Below are positions 1-8,650 of a stretch of 64,000 bases of DNA, in pieces. The stretch's first letter is position 1; the number at the start of each line of letters is the position of its first letter. Made by a program: the position numbers and the translations under genes. Below the pieces are notes generated by a model. It saw only the letters and a list, made by a program, of their open reading frames with translations, was not told where the DNA came from and made no database searches. The DNA comes from an uncultured Candidatus Micrarchaeota archaeon. Its GTDB lineage: Archaea; Micrarchaeota; Micrarchaeia; Micrarchaeales; Micrarchaeaceae. The stretch covers positions 35,541-99,540 of the forward strand of contig CAVUGN010000011.1 of NCBI GenBank assembly GCA_963741095.1, read 5' to 3'.

Positions 1-1
1 A

Positions 2-652
2 AGTCAACGCAGATTGGAGGGGCAGCTCACCATCAAGGAGTACAATATACTAAGGGAATTGAACAGAAATGGTGTCGCAAAGTTCTCAGAAATGGACAAG
101 AAACACGGGCTGGGCGGGGAAGAAACCGCATACATCTACGAAAAGCTTATTGAGAGAGGTATACTCAAGAGGATGACAGTAAGTCTTCAGAAAATACCTT
201 TGCAATATAACGCAGTAATCATAATGGGTGTGGTTGACAACAATGGCTTCAGGCGGACTAGAGACAGGCTGCTGATGGATGTAATAGAGGAGAACGGTAC
301 GCCTATCAACAAGTATTCTGTAATGGGAAACATAGGAAACCCTGATGGCGTCATGTTTATAATGCCGATAACTCCGAACAACAGGCTCGATGTATTCGAA
401 AGTGAGTTCAAGGAGAGGATAAAAGGTGTGGCACTTAGAACTCTCATAGTCACTGACGTGCTCGTTGGTTCATTATGTTACAGGAAGTTTGACAACGCAA
501 AGTCTAGGCAATACCGGGCACTGCGGATGGAGGGCAATACAGAGCTATCATTAGCCGATGTAGACTACGATGAAACAGTTAGAAGGAAGCAAGTTATCAA
601 GAAAGGTGAGGATACAATAGAAGAACTACTCGCCAATAATGAAAATATATAA
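2..652 (+). CDS. Tandem-Lrp/AsnC regulator, copy 1 (C-terminal half, truncated by window edge)
   Basis: Open frame from window start; shares EYxxLRELNxxG..F.E.D.K and GSLCYRxFDNA motifs with the five full copies. Confidence 0.85.
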   Translation, partial: SQRRLEGQLTIKEYNILRELNRNGVAKFSEMDKKHGLGGEETAYIYEKLIERGILKRMTVSLQKIPLQYNAVIIMGVVDNNGFRRTRDRLLMDVIEENGTPINKYSVMGNIGNPDGVMFIMPITPNNRLDVFESEFKERIKGVALRTLIVTDVLVGSLCYRKFDNAKSRQYRALRMEGNTELSLADVDYDETVRRKQVIKKGEDTIEELLANNENI

Positions 653-708
653 TGCAGGAATAGAATGCAATAACTACTGATGTATCTTACAGAAATTAGC
701 TAATTAAA

Positions 709-729
709 CTACCCTCCTGGTCCTTCCAT
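709..729 (-). CDS. Gly-rich micropeptide 1, MEGPGG
   Basis: ATG GAA GGA CCA GGA GGG TAG just after CAGGTGA SD-like motif and conserved promoter block; same layout in six cassettes. Confidence 0.65.
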   Translation of the reverse strand: MEGPGG

Positions 730-926
730 ATCTTCACCTGTCCAAACATCTCTGAAAAGGCTTAAATAGCTTGTGTCCGTTTGAAATGGGCCAGCGCGAA
801 TGCTCGTATAAACAACATCGAACCACGTCGGGCGATGTTGTATAATTGTCTTCATCACGGTGCATAGATAAGTATTTATACTTATTCTACATAATATACT
901 TAATGTGATGAAGATGACAAACATGA
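727..926. repeat. ~200 bp direct repeat, near-identical to 5979-6178
   Basis: Direct comparison; contains inverted repeat ACAACATCG-N12-CGATGTTGT at 812-841. Confidence 0.9.
730..776 (-). promoter_or_regulatory. Conserved micropeptide promoter/SD block 1
   Basis: Minus strand ACACAAGCTATTTAAGCCTTTTCAGAGATGTTTGGACAGGTGA; TTTAAG TATA-like box 32-37 nt before ATG; present six times. Confidence 0.7.
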
Positions 927-1135
927 CACTGGCCCTGCCGGAAGCGCTCACTGAGATAATGAAACGGCACAAGGACATAAAATGGAGCGAGGTGGCCCGC
1001 GAGGCCATCTGGGACAAGGCGAGGAAGCTGGAGCTCATGGACAAGATCCTCTCCAAGAGCGAATTGACCGAAAAGGACGCGTTGGCGATAGGCGCGAAGA
1101 TAAACGAAGCCGTAGCTAAGAGGCATGGGTTATAA
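905..1135 (+). CDS. Putative antitoxin (RHH/CopG-like, VapB type)
   Basis: 76 aa, TNMTLALPE...IKWSEVAREAI ribbon-helix-helix pattern; directly upstream of a PIN gene. Confidence 0.7.
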   Translation: MMKMTNMTLALPEALTEIMKRHKDIKWSEVAREAIWDKARKLELMDKILSKSELTEKDALAIGAKINEAVAKRHGL

Positions 1136-1544
1136 CGTGATCCTGGTCGTGGACGCCAATGTGGTGATTGCCGCATTGGTAAAGAATGGCAAAGTGCGTG
1201 AGATCCTGCTTAGCGACAAGTTCAAGTTCGTCGCACCTGATTTCGTGAAAGAGGAGACTCTGAAATACCTCGATCTAATAAAACAAAAGTCGGGACTTGC
1301 GAAAGACGACCTGGACCTGCTCATAACCCTACTGTTCCAAGAGATAGAAACCATACCCAGAAGCGAGTATCAATCGCAACTTCCCAAAGCCGAAAGGATG
1401 ATAAAAAATGATGTAAAGGATGCACCATACGTTGCATGCTACCTGGCGCTGAAATGCGACGGGATCTGGACGAACGACTCGGACTATGATGGAAAACCAG
1501 AACTGAAAGTGTTCAAAACAGAATACCTTCTGAAATTATTGTAA
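1125..1544 (+). CDS. PIN-domain toxin (VapC-like); start may be GTG at 1137
   Basis: LVVDANVVIAAL, DVKDAPY, IWTNDSD acidic PIN motifs. Confidence 0.85.
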   Translation: MGYNVILVVDANVVIAALVKNGKVREILLSDKFKFVAPDFVKEETLKYLDLIKQKSGLAKDDLDLLITLLFQEIETIPRSEYQSQLPKAERMIKNDVKDAPYVACYLALKCDGIWTNDSDYDGKPELKVFKTEYLLKLL

Positions 1545-1565
1545 TCCACAACCTTTAGACTTGGG

Positions 1566-1639
1566 CATCGTCGAACCATGTTGAACCACGTCGAACGACG
1601 TCGTTTCCCAATTGCACTTTTACGACGAAGAACCGGCTC
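1566..1639. repeat. TCGA-rich intergenic repeat copy
   Basis: catcgtcgaacca...gtcgtttcccaattgcacttttacgacgaagaaccggctc, shared with 2437, 3014, 11211, 16847, 22688. Confidence 0.8.
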
Positions 1640-1650
1640 GCGTCGTGCTA

Positions 1651-1971
1651 CTAGATCTCCAAACCCTCTTTGAGAGCGGCACTGACCAAAGTGATACCTT
1701 TTGCCTCCCTCTCGAACTCATTTTTGGTGTAGCTTAAGAAATCCACGGGATAGTCTATCCCCTGCGATACGTGCCATTCCAAAAGGAGCTTGCTGATCAG
1801 CTTCTTTACGGGTTTCCTGATCACAACCAGAAGGTCCACATCGCTGTCCTTCTTTGCCTCGCCTCTTGCCGAAGAACCGAAGAGTATGATCCGCTCTATT
1901 CCGTACGGCTTGGCGACGCTCTCCTTGAAGCCTTTTATCGTTTTTATCAATTGAGGATTGACCTTACCCAT
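1651..1971 (-). CDS. Minimal nucleotidyltransferase (MNT) antitoxin
   Basis: LFGSSARGE..DSDVDLLVV motif, 106 aa, overlaps HEPN gene. Confidence 0.9.
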   Translation of the reverse strand: MGKVNPQLIKTIKGFKESVAKPYGIERIILFGSSARGEAKKDSDVDLLVVIRKPVKKLISKLLLEWHVSQGIDYPVDFLSYTKNEFEREAKGITLVSAALKEGLEI

Positions 1972-2306
1972 TCCAAAACACCTTCACACTTTTCAATCAC
2001 GTCCTTTGCTTCATCTTCCGAAACGGACCTTGTTACTGGATAGCGCGTATCCACGTAATACTCGGTAAGATCGGCACAATAATTAACTATCTCTGCAGTT
2101 GCCTTAATGCTTTGGGCGAGCTTCACGAGGTCATGCGTCCTGTCAAATCGGCTCAACTTCTCTATCTGTGCAGCTTTCAACGCCTTCTCCGCTACCTGCT
2201 GGGCATAAAAGGATGCGTCCTTGAGCCTCTCGCTTTCATAGAGAAGCTTTGCAGTCACGAGATTGTCCTCGGCTTCTTTTATCCACACTCGTGCATCATC
2301 TTTCAT
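1947..2306 (-). CDS. HEPN-domain protein (HEPN-MNT pair)
   Basis: WIKEAEDNL..A, FYAQQVAEKALKA, RTHDL, TRYP motifs; start set at MKDD. Confidence 0.9.
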   Translation of the reverse strand: MKDDARVWIKEAEDNLVTAKLLYESERLKDASFYAQQVAEKALKAAQIEKLSRFDRTHDLVKLAQSIKATAEIVNYCADLTEYYVDTRYPVTRSVSEDEAKDVIEKCEGVLEWVRSILN

Positions 2307-2436
2307 GTCCTCATAAGAATTTGCCTTAAAAACCTTAATAATGTTTGCAGTTGGGCCACATTCATCCAAAATATTTGAATATGTGTTTTTTTTAAGTGAG
2401 TCTTATTCCTTCGTAATGACTCCTAACTCGAAACAC

Positions 2437-2481
2437 AAACATCGTCGAACCACTTCGAACACCGTCGTTTCCCAATTGCAC
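2437..2481. repeat. TCGA-rich repeat, truncated copy
   Basis: aaacatcgtcgaaccacttcgaacaccgtcgtttcccaattgcac. Confidence 0.75.
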
Positions 2482-2531
2482 CGCCAAAGTACCACACCAT
2501 AAGAAATATAAAGCAGAAATGCACAATATTA

Positions 2532-2780
2532 GTGATAAAGATGGAAATGGAAGTGTACGGATTCAAAGCCAAGATAACCAAGGAAGGTAAGTATCTCATA
2601 GGCGAGATACCGGAGCTGCATGTAGCTGATCAGGCCAAGACCCTGAAGGAACTCGAGAGCGAACTCAAGGATGCGGTAAGCCTAGTTGTAAATCTTATCC
2701 TGGACAATCCAAAAGATGCAGCCAAGAACTTCGGTAACGGTGTCATAAGAAAGCTGAGCGTTCAGGTAATCCGCGCATAG
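2532..2780 (+). CDS. hicB: HicB-like antitoxin
   Basis: YLIGEIPELHVADQAKTLKEL...LKDAV matches HicB N-terminal fold; upstream of HicA-like gene. Confidence 0.75.
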   Translation: MIKMEMEVYGFKAKITKEGKYLIGEIPELHVADQAKTLKELESELKDAVSLVVNLILDNPKDAAKNFGNGVIRKLSVQVIRA

Positions 2781-2788
2781 GTGTATCC

Positions 2789-3010
2789 ATGTCGCGGTTA
2801 CGCCCGCTGAAAAGTCCTCTCCTCATAAAGGTGCTGCAGAAATACTACGGCTACAACGCACGCTCTGGAAGCGGCAGGCATATAGTTTTGCAGGACTCGG
2901 ATGGTCATACGACTGTGATCCAGCTTAACATGGAACTCGGCAAAGGCATCCTGAAGAAGATACTAAATCAAACTGATTTGAAGTGGAAAGAAATAGAGAA
3001 GTACCTCTAA
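2789..3010 (+). CDS. hicA: HicA-like toxin
   Basis: 73 aa; GSGRHIVL..TTVI..ELGKGILKKILNQ HicA pattern. Confidence 0.8.
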   Translation: MSRLRPLKSPLLIKVLQKYYGYNARSGSGRHIVLQDSDGHTTVIQLNMELGKGILKKILNQTDLKWKEIEKYL

Positions 3011-3013
3011 ATG

Positions 3014-3200
3014 ACATCGTCGAACCACGTCGACCAACGATGTTTCTCAATCACACTTTTACGTCGAAGGACCGGCTCCCCACCAGGAAAATTATCGACG
3101 ACAAAATTCGTCTTTTCGATGGATGTTGGAGATGTGGACTGTATTCAACAAAACTACATGTAAATCTGGTATAGTTCCAGGTATAGTCTTGAGTATAGCC
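3014..3200. repeat. TCGA-rich repeat, long copy
   Basis: Aligns with 11250-11430 and 16847-16976, including atcgacgacaaaattcg.cttttcga. Confidence 0.85.
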
Positions 3201-3204
3201 TATA

Positions 3205-3465
3205 TTATTTCCTATACTCATAATGGCTCACGGCCTTGCCGTACCTGCTACTTATGTTCTTTGAGATGTAATCAGCGACATCTAACGGCTCCTTGCCGTC
3301 CGTGAACCTGGCCTTGACCACGAATCCGCAGTCGCCTTCGGTCAGTAGGACCTCCTTGACGGACTCGAACATCATCAGCTTCTCTGCGATCCCGCCGGCG
3401 TCTGCGTTCTCTTTTGGCCTTACGAAATAGAGCCCGTACATCGCGCCTATTCTCTTTTTACCCAT
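3205..3465 (-). CDS. Stand-alone Lrp/AsnC ligand-binding (RAM) domain protein
   Basis: IAEKLMMFESVKEVLLTEGDCGFVVKARF fits the RAM pattern; no HTH. Confidence 0.65.
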   Translation of the reverse strand: MGKKRIGAMYGLYFVRPKENADAGGIAEKLMMFESVKEVLLTEGDCGFVVKARFTDGKEPLDVADYISKNISSRYGKAVSHYEYRK

Positions 3466-3480
3466 GTCAATCCACCATAA

Positions 3481-3624
3481 TCATAATCGGTCTATATCAA
3501 GCAACTTGACGAACACGCTGTGGCATCTGTCACACTCCTCGATCACGAACCTGCCGTTCACCACACGCTTGCATACCAGCCTTCCTGTTCTGCACCTACT
3601 GCATGCAACTCCCTCGCTGTTCAT
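3481..3624 (-). CDS. 47-aa zinc-ribbon protein (below ORF-track cutoff)
   Basis: MNSEGVACSRCRTGRLVCKRVVNGRFVIEECDRCHSVFVKLLDIDRL; two CxxC motifs; ATG overlaps upstream stop (ATGA). Confidence 0.7.
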   Translation of the reverse strand: MNSEGVACSRCRTGRLVCKRVVNGRFVIEECDRCHSVFVKLLDIDRL

Positions 3625-3890
3625 CCCTCGATCACCGTTCCGTAGTCGCCGTCCAGTCCTTTCGATATGTACGCGGTAGCGTCCTTGGGTTCAGCACCGA
3701 CGAAAAACTTCACCTTCGCCAGGAACACGCCCTTGTTTTCCATCAGGTTGACTGCCTTCACGCGCTTCAGTGCAAGCAGCCTGTCTGCAAGGCGCTCGCT
3801 GACACGGCTCTTTGGATTCCCGAAGTAGAACCGGTGCCAAACAGCATGGCTCGCGCTGACACTTGTTACTTTTCCACCCGTATTACACAC
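3621..3890 (-). CDS. Small protein, possibly degenerate RAM domain
   Basis: LADRLLALKRVKAVNLMENKGVFLAKVKF aligns with 3205-3465 and with the 8824/14550/20200 family. Confidence 0.55.
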   Translation of the reverse strand: MCNTGGKVTSVSASHAVWHRFYFGNPKSRVSERLADRLLALKRVKAVNLMENKGVFLAKVKFFVGAEPKDATAYISKGLDGDYGTVIEG

Positions 3891-3936
3891 CCACTTCTCT
3901 TGCTTTCTTTACCTCATTCTGACAAACATGAAGACA

Positions 3937-4134
3937 TCATCTGGATGCGGAAACAGCCCGCATTCCTAACTCGCCAAGCAGCATCACCGGCCTGCCGGTC
4001 CTTTCCAACTCGCAGGCGTTTATGTGCCACAGATATGCAACTGGATTCTCATGCTCCATTCCGCACATCCAGCACTGGTACATATTATCGTGCCCTCCAA
4101 AGAAGATATCCTTTATCCTTGTTCCCATGCCCAT
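3937..4134 (-). CDS. Small C2HC zinc-finger protein
   Basis: YQCWMCGMEHENPVAYLWHINAC; near-identical copies at 6184 and 14885. Confidence 0.75.
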   Translation of the reverse strand: MGMGTRIKDIFFGGHDNMYQCWMCGMEHENPVAYLWHINACELERTGRPVMLLGELGMRAVSASR

Positions 4135-4152
4135 TCTACCATCCTATCAATC

Positions 4153-4263
4153 ATAAGGGTAGGGGGTTGCACCGCGGAAGCATGGTGATAATGTGGAGGA
4201 CGAGCTTGCGCTAATCCATAGAAAATTCTTACTTCCACCCCTGTACAACCTACACACCCGTAT
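4153..4263 (-). ncRNA. Predicted rod-like leader RNA hairpin, copy A
   Basis: Nested pairings GGGTG/TACCC, GGTTGTAC/GTGCAACC, GTGGAAGTA/TGCTTCCGC, apical AGC-GCAA-GCT; AT-rich TATA-like box ~20-25 nt upstream. Confidence 0.65.
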
Positions 4264-4431
4264 AGTATCGCGTCATATCCGGTATTTATTAGATACAGAA
4301 GACAGGGCGGTAGTATTGATAAAGCGAAAACATTAAAACATATAAATTTATCATTAAGCGCTCAATCTTCAATTGTTATACATTAAGGATTTAACAAAAG
4401 GAATAAATATCCTCTTATTTGATATAACTAC

Positions 4432-5928
4432 ATGCAAGACGTTCCACCACAGATATCTGCTGCTTTCGAGAAAGTGAAGAAGACGTACCCGTTCTATGTC
4501 TCGCTGAAGAGGATATACGGAAAATATTACGTATACAAAGTGAAGGTCGTCTGGGACCGACTAACCAAAAAGACAAAAACAAATTCTGAGTACTTGGGCC
4601 GGATAACCAGCGATGGGAAATATAAAAAGAAGAGCATCACACCGAATGATTACCTGAGAAAGGCCGAGGCACTCATCGCTTCCAAAGGTGGGAAGATAAC
4701 GTGGGACGGAATTGAGAAAGTCCGGGGTGCAAACGAGCAGATTAAAGAGGAACAGATCGAGGAAACTGTTGCCGACGAATTGGAAACGAAGATACTGACT
4801 ATATTGAGTATGAACGGCCGCGCGTCGATACCTTTCATAAGCAAGATGGTTGGTCTTAGCAATGCTACAACAGATTATCACGTAAAGAAGATCGAAGAGA
4901 AATACGGCATCAGATATTTTCCAGAGATAGACGTAGACAAATTAGGTTATGCCAGCTTTATGATATCCATAAAATTTGAAGATGAGGTTCCGAGTGCAGA
5001 AGAGATTAAAAGAGAGCTTAGCAAATTTCCTGGAGTACAACTTGCAATGGTAACTCATGGTAGATATGACCTAATAATTCATTTTGTAACCGGGACCGAA
5101 TATATGCCAAATAGTTATGGATGGGCATCTCAGAATGAAATATATGACCTCCAAAATAATGCTTTTAGAGCAAACAAGGCAAAATGGTACGTGTCAACGT
5201 TTTACAGAACATATGGATGCGTACCGTTGAGAAACGAATTTTTTGATATGATGAAGAAAATAGTGTGGGAAAAAAGCAAAGAGAGCAGGAGACCTAAGCC
5301 AAATCAACTTCTTCCTAGGGAGTATTTCGTACTAAAAGAACTAAACTTAGATGGTAGGTGCGAATTCACAGAAATAGACAATAGATGCAATTTTGATAGG
5401 GGTAGATCAGATTACACCTATAAAAGATTAGTTGAAAATAAAACAATAAAACGCATCACGTTGACAATGCAGAAACCTCCGGTAAAGTATGTGGCAATAA
5501 TCTATATGGATTTTATAAAAAGAGATGAGTTTTCAAAGAGCAGAGTGAATCTTTTATTAGACATAATAGAGCGGCGAACACAAATAAACAAATACGCACT
5601 TGTTGGCGATGCGAGCATTCCATATGGTGGATTCTTCATACTGCCGATAACTCAAGATGGGCTACTAGAAAAAGTCACCGAGCAATTAAAGAGCATAAGC
5701 GGCACAAACGTATACGCTCTTGTTGCAAGCGAGATAGTCTTAGGTAGCCTTTGTTATAGATTATTTGATAACGCATACTCAAGCCAGCAACGCATGTTGG
5801 CTGATGAGTACAAGAAGCATCCAGTTGAAAAAGCGAATTATTTGGGCGTAGCAAAAACCAAAAAGAGTAGTATAAAATTAGATATAAGGGGATTGCCTAC
5901 TGACAAATCAACAGATGACGTTACATAA
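4432..5928 (+). CDS. Tandem-Lrp/AsnC regulator, copy 2
   Basis: N-terminal YYVY..WD..K..YLGRI domain; AsnC HTH (KILTILSMNGRASIPFISKMVGLS), RAM, second HTH-RAM. Confidence 0.85.
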   Translation: MQDVPPQISAAFEKVKKTYPFYVSLKRIYGKYYVYKVKVVWDRLTKKTKTNSEYLGRITSDGKYKKKSITPNDYLRKAEALIASKGGKITWDGIEKVRGANEQIKEEQIEETVADELETKILTILSMNGRASIPFISKMVGLSNATTDYHVKKIEEKYGIRYFPEIDVDKLGYASFMISIKFEDEVPSAEEIKRELSKFPGVQLAMVTHGRYDLIIHFVTGTEYMPNSYGWASQNEIYDLQNNAFRANKAKWYVSTFYRTYGCVPLRNEFFDMMKKIVWEKSKESRRPKPNQLLPREYFVLKELNLDGRCEFTEIDNRCNFDRGRSDYTYKRLVENKTIKRITLTMQKPPVKYVAIIYMDFIKRDEFSKSRVNLLLDIIERRTQINKYALVGDASIPYGGFFILPITQDGLLEKVTEQLKSISGTNVYALVASEIVLGSLCYRLFDNAYSSQQRMLADEYKKHPVEKANYLGVAKTKKSSIKLDIRGLPTDKSTDDVT

Positions 5929-5948
5929 GCAGAATGCACTTTAGCTTT

Positions 5949-5981
5949 TTATCCGTTACCTCCTGTTCCTCCTCCTTCCAT
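5949..5981 (-). CDS. Gly-rich micropeptide 2, MEGGGTGGNG
   Basis: ATG...TAA in frame behind conserved promoter and CAGGTGA. Confidence 0.65.
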   Translation of the reverse strand: MEGGGTGGNG

Positions 5982-6178
5982 ATTTTCACCTGTCCAAATA
6001 TCTCTGAAAAGGCTTAAATAGCTTGTGTCCGTTTGAAATGGGCCAGCGCGAATGCTCGTATAAACAACATCGAACCACGTCGGGCGATGTTGTATAATTG
6101 TCTTCATCACGGTGCATAGATAAGTATTTATACTTATTCTACATAATATACTTAATGTGATGAAGATGACAAACATGA
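5979..6178. repeat. Copy of 727-926, including micropeptide promoter block 2 (5982-6028) and the first codons of the antitoxin
   Basis: Near-identical; ends in 12-bp TGACAAACATGA. Confidence 0.9.
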
Positions 6179-6183
6179 AGACA

Positions 6184-6381
6184 TCATCTGGATGCGGAAA
6201 CAGCCCGCATTCCTAACTCGCCAAGCAGCATCACCGGCCTGCCGGTCCTTTCCAACTCGCAGGCGTTTATGTGCCACAGATATGCAACTGGATTCTCATG
6301 CTCCATTCCGCACATCCAGCACCGGTACGCATCGCCGCGCTCTCCCAAGAAAATATCTCTTATCCTTGTCCCTATGCCCAT
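6184..6381 (-). CDS. Small C2HC zinc-finger protein, copy 2
   Basis: YRCWMCGMEHENPVAYLWHINAC. Confidence 0.75.
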   Translation of the reverse strand: MGIGTRIRDIFLGERGDAYRCWMCGMEHENPVAYLWHINACELERTGRPVMLLGELGMRAVSASR

Positions 6382-6398
6382 TCTACCACTCTATCAAT

Positions 6399-6509
6399 CA
6401 TGAGGGTAGAGGATTGTACTGTGGAAGTGTGGTGAGACTCTGGACAGAGCCTGCGCTGAATCTAGAAAAATGCTTACTTCCACCCACATACATATCCTTC
6501 CCACCCATG
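6399..6509 (-). ncRNA. Predicted leader RNA hairpin, copy B
   Basis: GGGTGG/CTACCC, AGGAT/ATCCT, TGTAT/GTACA, GTGGAAGT/ACTTCCAC, AGC-GCAG-GCT; TTTATAAA upstream. Confidence 0.65.
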
Positions 6510-6702
6510 GTAGATGCTATGAAGAAGCTTTTATAAATAGGCTCTCAGAATTTTTAATTATATATATCAATACAGGTATGAAATTCCAATAAATCTCATA
6601 CTATTTAACCATATTAACCATATATAATAGATGGCAGATTAGTATAATGGTTAAATAGATAAATTAGAAAGTTATATATATTACCCATTATAAGGCATAT
6701 GT

Positions 6703-8082
6703 ATGGCAAAACTTCCTGAAAAGGTAGCAGAGACGCTAAATGCACTCAGAAAGGGGAGTAAGCATTCTTTAAGTGTCAAAATAATCCATGGCGGTTATTA
6801 CTTGTACGAAGAGGCCACAAAATGGAACAAGCAATTAAAGAAGCAGGATTTCTACTCCGTATATCTGGGTAAGATAGATGATGCAGGAATCTTAACACCG
6901 CCCCATCACAAGAAAGAGGTTACAAAAACAGAAACCCTTGAAGCGTATATCGCCAAACGGCAACATGATGAGGCGACAGGGAAAAATCTGCGCTTAAGCA
7001 GGATACAGGATTCGATAATCAAGATACTGAGTACTGATGCAAGGATTCCTGTGGAAGAGATAAGCACAATGATTGGGATCCCATATTCCACTGTTGCCTA
7101 TCAGATAAAAAAACTTGAGAAGGATCTTGACATAAAGTATACTCTAGACACTTATGCCGCTTACAATTTCGGATTTTATAGGTTCATAGTAACAGTAAAA
7201 TTCAGGGATAAAAAACCAACAACAGAAGAGATAAAGAAAAGTTTGGGCGATGACCCTCATATACAGTTAGTAATGCTTGGCAGGGGCGAATTTGACATTT
7301 TCATGTATCTTCTTTTTGATAATACTGTTAATGTAGAGGGTTGGATCTTTGACCTGAGGAAAAAGGAGGGTCTATCCAAGTACACGGCAGACTGGAATGT
7401 ATCCTATCTTTTGATAGGCCATGGTATAATACCCCTACGGGATAAGTTTTTTGAGTTGTTTGAAGATAGGATATGGCACAGGACAAAAGAGATGCCGAGG
7501 AAAGGCGCAGACCAGATATACTACCGAGAGTATGCAGTGCTTAAGGAGTTGACCAAGGATGGTCTGAAAAGATTCAAGGAAATAGACAAGGATTACAAGC
7601 TCAATTCTGGGAGTGCGCAATACACTTACCATGAACTGGTGGCCAAAGGCGCCATTCGCAGGGTAACCATATCCATGCAGAAAGCTCCGATAAAATACAA
7701 TGTGATAATACAGATGAAACAAGTGAACATGAAAAGATATATGAAAAGCAGAGAGAAGTATTTCTCATACCTTCTAGAAGACCGTGGGGTTCCAACCAAC
7801 AAAATATCCCTGCTTGGAGATATTGGAACGCCATACGGACAGGTAATTATAATGCCGGTATACGAAGACGGAGACCTTGATAGGATAGACGAGGACCTAA
7901 AGTCCATAGTCAAGGGAGTGGAGCTAAAGATTACCGTGGTTACCAATATTTTAATAGGATCCATATGCTACAACAAGATAGAAGAAAAGAGTACATTTAT
8001 GTACAACAAACTAACCAGCAAGCAAACCAACCAGATACAGAATAAGAGTCCATACGAAGAAGACGATGACAGCTCGTACTAA
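6703..8082 (+). CDS. Tandem-Lrp/AsnC regulator, copy 3
   Basis: Same architecture; IPLRDKFFE, WHRTKE and REYAVLKEL motifs. Confidence 0.85.
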   Translation: MAKLPEKVAETLNALRKGSKHSLSVKIIHGGYYLYEEATKWNKQLKKQDFYSVYLGKIDDAGILTPPHHKKEVTKTETLEAYIAKRQHDEATGKNLRLSRIQDSIIKILSTDARIPVEEISTMIGIPYSTVAYQIKKLEKDLDIKYTLDTYAAYNFGFYRFIVTVKFRDKKPTTEEIKKSLGDDPHIQLVMLGRGEFDIFMYLLFDNTVNVEGWIFDLRKKEGLSKYTADWNVSYLLIGHGIIPLRDKFFELFEDRIWHRTKEMPRKGADQIYYREYAVLKELTKDGLKRFKEIDKDYKLNSGSAQYTYHELVAKGAIRRVTISMQKAPIKYNVIIQMKQVNMKRYMKSREKYFSYLLEDRGVPTNKISLLGDIGTPYGQVIIMPVYEDGDLDRIDEDLKSIVKGVELKITVVTNILIGSICYNKIEEKSTFMYNKLTSKQTNQIQNKSPYEEDDDSSY

Positions 8083-8098
8083 GAATGTATTATACGCT

Positions 8099-8122
8099 TT
8101 ATGCTCCTCCTCCATCTCCCAT
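8099..8122 (-). CDS. Gly-rich micropeptide 3, MGDGGGA
   Basis: ATG GGA GAT GGA GGA GGA GCA TAA. Confidence 0.65.
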   Translation of the reverse strand: MGDGGGA

Positions 8123-8169
8123 AGTTTCACCTGTCCAAACATCTCTGAAAAGGCTTAAATAGCTTGTGT
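8123..8169 (-). promoter_or_regulatory. Micropeptide promoter/SD block 3
   Basis: Near-identical to 730-776. Confidence 0.7.
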
Positions 8170-8320
8170 ATCTGCAGAGAGGGCATTTCCGGATGTCGCA
8201 TGAAAGCACTAAATATCTGGACAGGCGCAATAAATACGGGCCGGATGGGCGGAACTGTTATCTATCTGCAAGTTCCACCCCCCATCCGACTTTGCGGTTT
8301 TTGGCGAGGCGGATGCGGGC

Positions 8321-8650
8321 GAGCGCGCCATGCCGAGGCGCTGAGCGCCGAGAACGGCGCCGAGCGTAACAGTGCGGGGTTGCTGCGGTTAAGCTTGAGT
8401 TACCTTTGTCCAGCTAAGGCAACGCTTAGCTGCTCAAGCTCATGATGCTGCTCAAGCTGGTGGTGTTGCTAATGCTGGTTATGCTGCTGTTGGTGTTGTT
8501 GCCGCTGTTGCTGCTGTTGCCGTTGCAGGTGTTTGTGCCGGATGCTGCCTGGCTTGCACTCGCCATCACGTTCGCTCCGCACTCGCTCGCGTGGGCTCGC
8601 GGGCAGCAGGCTCTCCGCTCGCTTCGCTCGCTCCGAGCCTGGGGCTTGCC
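8321..8650. repeat. GC-rich palindromes and (CTG/TTG)n low-complexity tract
   Basis: GGCGC-TGA-GCGCC hairpin (related copy 22665-22683), gctgctcaagct twice, repeated ctcgc units. Confidence 0.5.

Noticed and set aside
709-1176. Long minus-strand ORFs 709-1176 and 5949-6176 ending in the micropeptides
   Set aside because: They run antisense to the antitoxin or through the promoter; only the terminal ATG has an SD-like motif conserved in all six copies.
805-3200. Possible CRISPR array
   Set aside because: Repeat copies are degenerate, unequal in length and separated by whole genes; no cas genes.
4432-4650. Transposase call for the large regulators based on the N-terminal motif
   Set aside because: No DDE or tyrosine-recombinase catalytic domain, terminal inverted repeats or target-site duplications; the remainder is Lrp-like.
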